From the NCBI GenBank assembly GCA_964016885.1, contig OZ024741.1, forward strand, positions 88,474,001 through 88,538,000: a stretch of DNA of 64,000 bases, given 5' to 3'. Positions 1-8,600 of the stretch are shown here, in pieces (position 1 is the stretch's first letter; every line of letters begins with the position of its first letter). Origin of the DNA: Eledone cirrhosa. Lineage: Eukaryota. The notes beneath the pieces were generated by a model. The model did no database searches, was not told the origin of the DNA, and was given only the letters and a program-made list of their open reading frames with translations. The position numbers and the translations under genes are program-made.

Positions 1-252
1 CGACCTCCCTCTCATATCTGTCATTGTACATAAAAGGAGAGTAAGATTTGCTGGCCATCATGAGGCTGTGTCCCCATTAGTGTTTTGGAAACCACAAGCA
101 GTCACTAATAACAGGGTGCGCAAGCTCTCCTATCCTGGTGGCATGTCCAGAGATTCTGGTATTGAAATCCAGGATTTGGCAGCGGCAATGAACGTCAGAC
201 CCACGTGGAGATCAATTGTTGAGTCAATTTCGGCTGAGGCCGCTAGATGATG
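1..252 (+). mobile_element. 3' end of a non-LTR retrotransposon (RTE-like), cut by the window edge
   Basis: Translates to ..RRVRFAGH..LVFWKP..TWRSIV..* and is followed by a short (TGA)n tail, typical of a LINE ORF2 C-terminus. Confidence 0.55.
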
Positions 253-352
253 ATTTGTATGTATGTGGGTGGTATGAATTTTTGTAGTGTTGTGTAGTTT
301 TTCTCTATGATGCTGATGAGCTGGATGTAGTGCAATAATTGTTTGTTCGTGA

Positions 353-480
353 TTAACCCTTTAAACGGCCAGCATTCTTTCACCTCTTTCTGTTCAAACC
401 GGCTGCTCATACTTATTTTAAGGTATTGTTCTCAAAATAAATAATATATAATAATCTCGTAGATTCGATATTATGTGAAA
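353..480 (+). mobile_element. Partial TTAA-type MITE, same family as 61546-61765 and 62160-62379
   Basis: Starts ttaa-cccttt and shares cctctttctgttcaaacc..gttctcaaaataaata..aatctcgtagattcgatattatgtga with the 62160 copy. Confidence 0.6.
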
Positions 481-879
481 CACTTATGTCCTGTGTCTTC
501 TACTCATTATTATAGGGGACATTGTTTAAATTTATGGTAACGAAAGGATTTAAAACCGCCAGAAAATAGCAGGCAATATCTTCGTATTAACACAAGAGAC
601 TGAATAATTTTTTTTCTTAAATACAATATCATTTCTGATAAAGAGTGAAAGAATTATAGTCGATTTACTTATCCATAAATGAACAAAAGTGTGTCTTGTT
701 AGACGGTAATAAATTGTATTTATGTACTTTTTAAGTTCCAGTCAACAAGCTATTTTGTAAAAATAAAGGGAGGTTACTAAATATATGGTTATCCCCCTTA
801 TATATATTTAACAGAAATGTTTGTCAATATTGCCGTGTAATCAAGGCGATGGAAAGCACCGGGCGAAACCTTTAGTGTT

Positions 880-1437
880 TAGTCATGAACAGTTATAGTA
901 AATTAATGGCGAAATTATCCAACAACGCATTCAGTCATCAAAAGAAGGGAGGTAGGCGTAAAATCCAAACTTGCTATCTTAAATTCGGTATTCATGCCAG
1001 CCCTTGCCTATGGTCATGAATCTTGGGTAATGACCGAAAGAATACGATCGCGAATACAAGCGGCCGAAATGGGGTTCCTCCAAAGGGTCTTTAATTAACG
1101 TTACTCGATAAAGTGCGTAATTCTGAGATCAGAGAGGCACTTCAATTAGAGCCTCTGCTTCTCGGAATTGGGAGATCGCAGCACAGATACTATGGGGATG
1201 TAGTGATAATCTCTTAGGAAAGAATCGCTGGACAGCTTTTACGGGCAAAAACCAACCGGAAAGAGACCTAGCGGTAGATACCGAGCATGATGGATGGATA
1301 ACATTCATGAACTTAGCTGGTCACGCTTGGGGATCCAGTTGGATCCGTTGAAGACGGTTGCTTCTGACAGGACCTGCTGGGGGGAGTGTTTGAAGACTCT
1401 GCCCTCCCGACCTGCTCAGGAATAAGTGGGCGAAGAA
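880..1437 (+). mobile_element. Degenerate RTE-clade (Expander/Rex3-like) LINE 3' fragment
   Basis: Peptide remnants PALAYGHESWVMTERIRSRIQAAEMGFLQRV and LLLGIGRSQHRYYG; related copies at 25860, 50064 and 53213. Confidence 0.7.
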
Positions 1438-1527
1438 ATTTCTTTTTCAGTTCACTACATACTTAAGAGAAGTAGTGATATATTATGATTATATTTATTT
1501 TCATGTAACAAATTAAGAATAAATAGA

Positions 1528-1720
1528 AGTCGAGACTTCGGCGGTCTCGGATCCCATACAGCCGAGCTCCTCCGTAACATCAGCCCGGCTAAGGAATGAG
1601 CCCTGGGCGGTGGGGTGGTTGTTACAGCGTGTGTCGCTGGCCATTGTCCGCAAAAATGTCTTTGCAATTTTGTCCATGGGACGCAGCCGAAACACCTAGG
1701 CGTTGAGCCTGTCACCCTGC
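1528..1720. other. GC/CpG-rich island upstream of RPS21; possible first exon of a divergent gene or a structured RNA
   Basis: Markedly GC-rich against the AT background; several hairpins; minus-strand ORFs and a minus-strand GTATGT donor near 1460; no recognisable homology. Confidence 0.3.
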
Positions 1721-2389
1721 CCCTCTCTTTCTTCTGTGGTCTTAATAGTCCTCGTTCTTTCCCTCATTTTCTTCTCATTTATTGCATTTAATTCCTTTCC
1801 TATACAACCAGATCTGCGCTTCTGTACCCCTTCACCCTTTTTTTCATTATTTACAAATCAATAAAATTTTAAAACTAGTACATACATACACTCACTTTGT
1901 CAGATTTTTAGTTGCCACCCACAAAAAATAATTCTTAAACAAGGCAGGTACAACTTAAAAATTCTTCGCTGGCGGCCAAACGTGATACGAGTTGCAAATT
2001 GACAAATGCGAAATGAAGTGTTAAACTTCAATATTGCCGTTCGCATCAGTCGTTGGTTTAGAATAGTAGCAATTAATTACCCGAAGAGGATTCCTTTAAC
2101 TACGATTAGACCCCCATAAGGATCAAAATAGACCGCGTTTTTTTTTTACCAATTTTGAAATTAACAAGAGGAATATGCGTGCGCAATTACAGAGAGGTAT
2201 GCGTTTCCGGTGAATTTTTTTTTTATAATTATCAAGCTGATTTATCTTGAAAAATAAAATTTATTTCAATAACTAAAATGAAAGTTACTAAAGTAACTGA
2301 TGTTTTATAAATTTATAATTTTTAAATACATACACTGAACGAGAAGACAGCGTGGTTCTCGTTTAATTTAGCCGAAATCTCGTGTAACA

Positions 2390-2417
2390 CTTCCTTTTAC
2401 CATCGTCCATTTTTATT
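2390..2417 (+). promoter_or_regulatory. RPS21: RPS21 TCT-type initiator / 5'TOP non-coding exon 1
   Basis: CTTCCTTTT pyrimidine tract at 2390-2398, GTAAGT donor at 2418 and CTGCAG acceptor ending 2520, 30 nt before the ATG; standard architecture of ribosomal protein genes. Confidence 0.75.
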
Positions 2418-2550
2418 GTAAGTTGTGTCTTAATTCGTCTGAAATATTTTTGTTTAATTACTGAGTTTTTAATATATCTATTGCTTTTAAATTGCATATT
2501 TTGTTTCTTTACGACTGCAGAAGGTTATCTTAAAATATTGTGAGGGAATC

Positions 2551-2600
2551 ATGCAGAACGAAGCCGGTGAATTCGTGGATATGTATATCCCAAGAAAATG
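2551..2600 (+). CDS. RPS21: RPS21 coding exon 1
   Basis: [16 protein letters not shown]+TG, donor GTATG at 2601. Confidence 0.95.
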
Positions 2601-5600
2601 GTATGCTATATATACACGTGGTTTACACGAATTTCTTTTCTTCAATTATAGTTTTAGAATATTTTTATCTATTTACTATTATATTAGCTGTATAACCTTT
2701 TAGGTTTTAGTTGGGTTGTGTTATAAATACGTTCTCTTACCGAAAAGTTTATCTTCGAATGTTTTTCAATGTTTTAATACTTGACTGGCGTCATGTATTA
2801 GAGGGAGAGATTCGTGTAGAAAAAGGCTTGTCAAAGGATCTTTTTTTTCTCTGTGAATTCTAAACGTTAATCCGTATAAAAACGAAAGTGCTCTATTTTT
2901 ACCAATTTCATTTTTATTATCCTGTATTTCACCATAAGTTATTTTATTTTGAATAAATGCGATCGAACGAGCACCCAAATATTTTGCATCTGAGTCTCGG
3001 CTCTTTTGTAATAATTTCCATTCAAATATCTCACGTTTCCGGTTTGATTCCATACGCAATTTGGTCTCGATTTGCAGTTATCACTTGATATTTACTATCT
3101 TAAAAACATACGGGAGCCCAAGATTGGTCTCAAATAGTTTAACTCGCTAAAAGTAGCAGGTAAATTACGCTACGCAGCGTAATCGAAGACACAGAGGGGG
3201 GGGGTTATTATTATAAAAGGATCACGAATTTTATGCTATAACCATAGTTTAGTGCCACAAATTTGTTTAACCATAACGTTCTTGTATGTTTAAATGAAAT
3301 TTATTTTGCAGATACATTTTCGAAGGTGTGTGTAAATTATAATGTTGAAATTTTTTTTAATAGTTTTGTCTTCTATCAATTCATAGTAATTGAAAGAAAA
3401 CATTTATATGCGCCTTATATCTTTAGACATATAATCCAGTTTGAGAAAATTTTAAGAACAGTTGGTGTGAAATTTGTTTTACCTATGATTTTACACAAAA
3501 TAAAACTATTTTTAATTTCATTAAAAGATATGCAATATTAAGAAACGCGGAAGCGAAGTCGTATGGGGTGAACGTATTGTAATTACGTTTTCCAAAGGGT
3601 GTTGCGACTCACGGTAAAAACCTGTGAGTGGAGTCAAAACTTTGGTACATAAAATATTGTATTGTTGAAAATATATCTTTCAGGATTTAGATATTCTGAA
3701 TATTCGACTAATTCATACATACCTACATTTTTGGCAGAATGGTTAGAGCGTCGCGCGAAATGGCTTGCGGAGATCGACTTTGCTAATCCTTTAATCTATC
3801 TCAGTTCATTTTAAGGAAATTTTAGAACTGCTCAAATCTTTGAGGCAGTCTTTGATAATTATCAAAGACTGCCTCAAAGATTTGAGCAGTTCTAAAATTT
3901 CCTTAAAATGAACTGAGATAGATTAAAGGATAATTATCAAAGACTGCCTCAAAGATTTGAACAGTTCTAAAATGATTCAGATTATAATCTGAATCATTTG
4001 TAGTGACTATTTTAAACATTTTATGTATGTTTACAATGGAAAGCATATGTAGTATGTCATGCAAGATATAAACTTAATTCACAAAATTGAATTTATAACA
4101 TAAGCAAGAGTAAACTAAATGTTAAGATAACCGCTCAACGATTTAATCGACAGGTGCCCTTTTTCTCCCTTTTCTTTCAACTTTTTGCGATAACTAATTC
4201 GTGTTCAGCAATTGGTTTCGTCCCCCTGCATTCACACCCTGTTGTTTGTGATTGTAAGAGTTGTGGCCCGTTCTTATTAATGCAAGTTCAATGGAGTGAT
4301 TAGTAGGCGGCGGTATTTTAACCTTTTCGTCGACCACATTTCTTATTTGAATTTTTGAATATGAAATTACTAAAATTATTTCATTAAGATAGTATTTGTA
4401 ACATAATTTAAACGACTTTGTACTATAAAACCAAGGGCAGTTGGGTATCAAATAGCAATAGCTCTGTTAAAAAAAGTTGAACATTGGATGCTGGTAAAAG
4501 CACAAATAAGTATGTTTTGATGTTACAAGTCGGGTGGCTTGCTTTTCCAAAGGGTGTTGCGACTCACAATGAAAACCTGTGAGTGGAGTCAAAACTTTGG
4601 TACATAAAATGTTGAATTGTTGAAACTATACGTCAGATCTTCAATGGTTTGATTGTTCGACTGGTTCACACATTAGTATGTATGAAATACTGATTTTCTT
4701 GAACGGAAATTAAATTTATTTATAGATAGCTATAAAATTTGGTGATTTCTTAGATATTAATTTCATTCAAATTGCCTGCGGTAGAGGGTCAGACACCATA
4801 CTTTGCAGCAAAGTGTTACGGCCCTTTATGGTCTGTATTCAAATCACGCCGAGGTTAACTTTGCCTTTCATCCTTACGGGGTCGATAAAATAAAGTACCA
4901 CTGGGATAATTGCTGGCCTTGTGTCAGAAATAGAAACAATTATTAATATCCATATGGGGGTTAAATATTTTAGGTCACAAAACAAGTGAAAGTAACTTAA
5001 CGAAGTTGCTGAACAGCTCTGTATATACTTGTGAATGTGCAAGCATAAAAATTGGCCATAAAATTGTGGTGATACATATGTTTATATATTTCTATATGTA
5101 CTTTTCTTTTTCTAAGAGACACAATTTTAGCCTCACTGTATAAAGTAAACTAGGTTTGTGTGTCTCTCTAGCACGATGCTTGTTTTACGATCTAAATAAG
5201 ATTTAATCTGCTTGAGATTATAAACATTGATTTATTTTTTATTTTCTCCCCTTTCTCTTCCTTGTATCTCTAGCTCAGCCAGTAATAGCATCATTGCTGC
5301 CAAGGATCATGCTTCCGTACAAATTAACATTGCTGAAGTAAGTACTAGAAATTGATTGTTCTAAAAACATGGGGTGTGGAAATGTTTGTCTATTGCAACA
5401 ACTTGAATTTAGACGATATCACTTGTTAGAAATAACAACCATATCTCATCACACCACCATCTTTAATATGTAAATTGAATAATGTCCTAAATACTGTATC
5501 TAAATGAGACAATGGCTTTGAAGAATGGATCTACTTGAGCAAAAATCAATTGTGTGTGGCATAGTGAAATGGGGAGATTTGGTATCAAAAGGAGCAGTTA

Positions 5601-8600
5601 ACTAGAAACCAAATTCTAGTATTTCAAAGTTTATTGGACCGATTATAAACTGACACCTTTATTTTAAAAAAAACGAATTTATTCAGACTAATGACCTTAC
5701 TTTGGTTATAATCTATAGTTCATTTTACCTTCAAGTGCCTATTAGATTTGGTAGTGTGGGAAACTCAACTTGGCTAAACAGGCAAATCCATGTTATTGAC
5801 TACTGTATTAAGAGCAAACTAATGTAAACTAGAAACTATTTACAATTTTCACGTTTTGAAAATAATCAAGAATTTGGAAGGATTTTGAGAAATGTTCTCA
5901 TTTAGCTGGTGTTTGGATCATAATTGAACAAAAGTTCTTACATAAAATTAGGATAGAATGTTTTTAGGCAAATATAAAGACTTTAAAATAAATGGTTTGG
6001 TATCAAAAAGGTTAAGCAACTGAAAACATTTCACCCTGGTCCTGCAAATATTAATTCTGAAATGAAACAAAACTCTAGCGTAGGTTGGGCAAGTTGTCAT
6101 TGTCTGAGACTAGACTAATCAGGGAGACCTATCTTGTAAACGCATTCCATATTTAGCATGGTTTCTACTGCTATATGTCCTTCCTAACACCAACTATTGG
6201 GTACCATTTTATTGTGACACTAGTACTACTGTATTTTAAAATTAATGAATTTGTGAGGGATTTACCAAAATTATAATAGAATATTTAAGTAGGAACCCTT
6301 TTTCATAGGAGCAGACAGTTGTGTTTAAAATTCTGTTGTTGGTAGAAGAAAAATGGCTAAACAAAGTGAGTGTTCAGTAAAGATACTGTTAACGTTTGAA
6401 TTATCAAATTTTTTTTTATTTTCTGCTGAATTCCAGGATCTTAAGTATAATGTTATTTGTGTGACTTTTATATAAAATGTATCACCAAAGTTGTCAAATT
6501 TCTGTTCACAGTATCCTTGTGAATGGAGCCTAGTCTTTGGGATATAAATAGAGGAATACTTTCAGATATCTTTTTCTTTGTAAAGTTATCTGGACAAGCA
6601 CCTCTGACATTAAACATAATAGTAGCATGTTGGAAACCTAATCTGTCAAATAGCATATGGTTAATAATTCATGTTTGCTTCTTTAATTAATTTTTCAAAT
6701 TTCACTTAATGTATGTTTAAATAGACTCTGGTGCTTCTATCTGAGTAGTTGATAGGTACATGATCTGTCTGAAAGTTAAACCCCAATTCTAAGCTGAAAA
6801 GATTAAGATTAGTGTTTGTGTCTGTTTAAAATGTTTTACTGCTGTATTAAAGATTTTCGTTGCCTTTTGGTTAGGGTGGGTGGGACACTAAAATTGACGT
6901 GCTTATTATAATCCTTTTATCATCAAACAGCCCCCAATTCTTTGGTTTAAAAGGGGGCCATTATTTCATGTGCTTATATTTAAATTAAAGCCTTCTGTCA
7001 TTTTTTATGTGAGAAAATTTTATTAATATGCATTTCAAACACTAGCTTTGTTTTAGTAAATCCCTTTAAATTCTTCATTATTTTAAAAATTAATTGAATA
7101 TTATAGGAAGTGGTTGTTTAAGCTTTGGGGAGGACATCTGGTTGCAGAAAACCAAGCCAAAAATAGCGTATGCGTAAGACATGCTCACCTGCCTGGTCCC
7201 ATGGTGTAACAGCTCGTCTAATCCATGGGAACTGGCAGTAGACTGTGATGAGTGTATTTCAGTAGAAAAGTGGTAACAAAAGGGTTATGGTTAATCTGTT
7301 GTGATTTTTTTATATAAAAATGTACTGCCAAAGTTGTCAAATTTCTGTTCACATAGCATCCTTATGAATGGAGCCAAGTCTTTGGGATATAAATAGAGGA
7401 ACACTTTCAGATAATTTATTTTATAAAGTTGTTTGGACAAGCACCTCTGACATTACTTTTTTTTCCTCCGTTCCAATTTAGGCAAGAATTTAAACATTTT
7501 TTGTAAATCAACTATGGTTTTTTTTGTTTGATATGAGGGCCATTTTTTTTTTTAGGAGTAAATCTATTATATAAATTTTGTTTCAAAACTTCTCCAGTTA
7601 TAGGTAAATTATTTAAATGAATTATCAACCAATATTCAACTGTATATAACAAAATTGTGCACATTATAAACAGGTGATGAAAGATGTAACTCTTATCAAA
7701 TAATCTATTAAAGTTGTGTTGCAGCAAATGTAGTGACAAGATTTGTGTTGATATTCTCATTTAAATATGTTATGTCGGGCAACTTGGAATCGAAAGAAAT
7801 ATAAAACTCCAAAAAGAACGAAAATGAATACATTTTTTACCTTTTCAGGTAGATGTTACCACAGGCAGAATGACAGGCTCCAACAAAACATATGCAATTT
7901 GTGGGAAGATCCGACAGATGGTAATATTTTAGCTTGCTTGTTTGTGTGTGTGTGTTTTTATATATATATCTCAATTTTGTCATTCACATGTGTGTTTACA
8001 ATTTTGATACTTGTTGAATCCCACTACATTTATAATGTATACACTATAAAGTTTTTTAACATGGTGCATTGAAAATATGTCCAATGCATTACATTATAAA
8101 AAAAAACGCATTAAAGAAATTAATGTATCAAATTTTGTTAATTCTATGGCTCATTAAGTCATGCCGTTTATGTTGAACATAAGCATTGACTTAACGTTTT
8201 TGTAAATTGAATGTACTTTCAACATTGTATTTTTGATTCCAGTTTATTCATAAGTTGGGATGTTGTCTATGTACTGAAGTCATTTAATTTAAACAATCAG
8301 TGCAGTTTAGTGATCTAGTGACTGAAGTACCATACTTACAGATGAAGGTTGACATTAATGGGGACAGCTTCTTGTCCCCACCTATTTATTTATCAAGACA
8401 ATGTTTCATGCTAGTGTTGTAAAAGTATTGTTAAGGTAATGTCATCATTTTATGCACATCTTCCCTGCTATCAGGGGTTAGGCAAATCTTCAGAGATATA
8501 GTCAGTACTCAGGTGGGTTGGGGTTCTGCTTTCTACTAAGTTCTATTTTCCATGGTACCAGCACTACTAAGGAGATAAGACATGTCTTTGAGACAGCTGA

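Noticed and set aside
1580-1625. RNase MRP-like 3' motif (minus strand ACAACC..GGGCTCATTC)
   Set aside because: The required upstream P4/CR-I strand (GAAAGTCCCC) is absent
1455-1695. Antizyme-like +1 frameshift between overlapping minus-strand ORFs (TCT TAA)
   Set aside because: The site is not UCC-UGA, there is no antizyme homology, and the downstream frame is AT-rich and looks non-coding
7767-8072. 101-aa ORF as a gene
   Set aside because: It overlaps RPS21 exon 3 in a different frame; the rest is intronic
8153-8193. Small hairpin ttaagtc-atgc..gcat-gacttaa in an RPS21 intron
   Set aside because: Too short for a pre-miRNA and lacks H/ACA or C/D boxes in register
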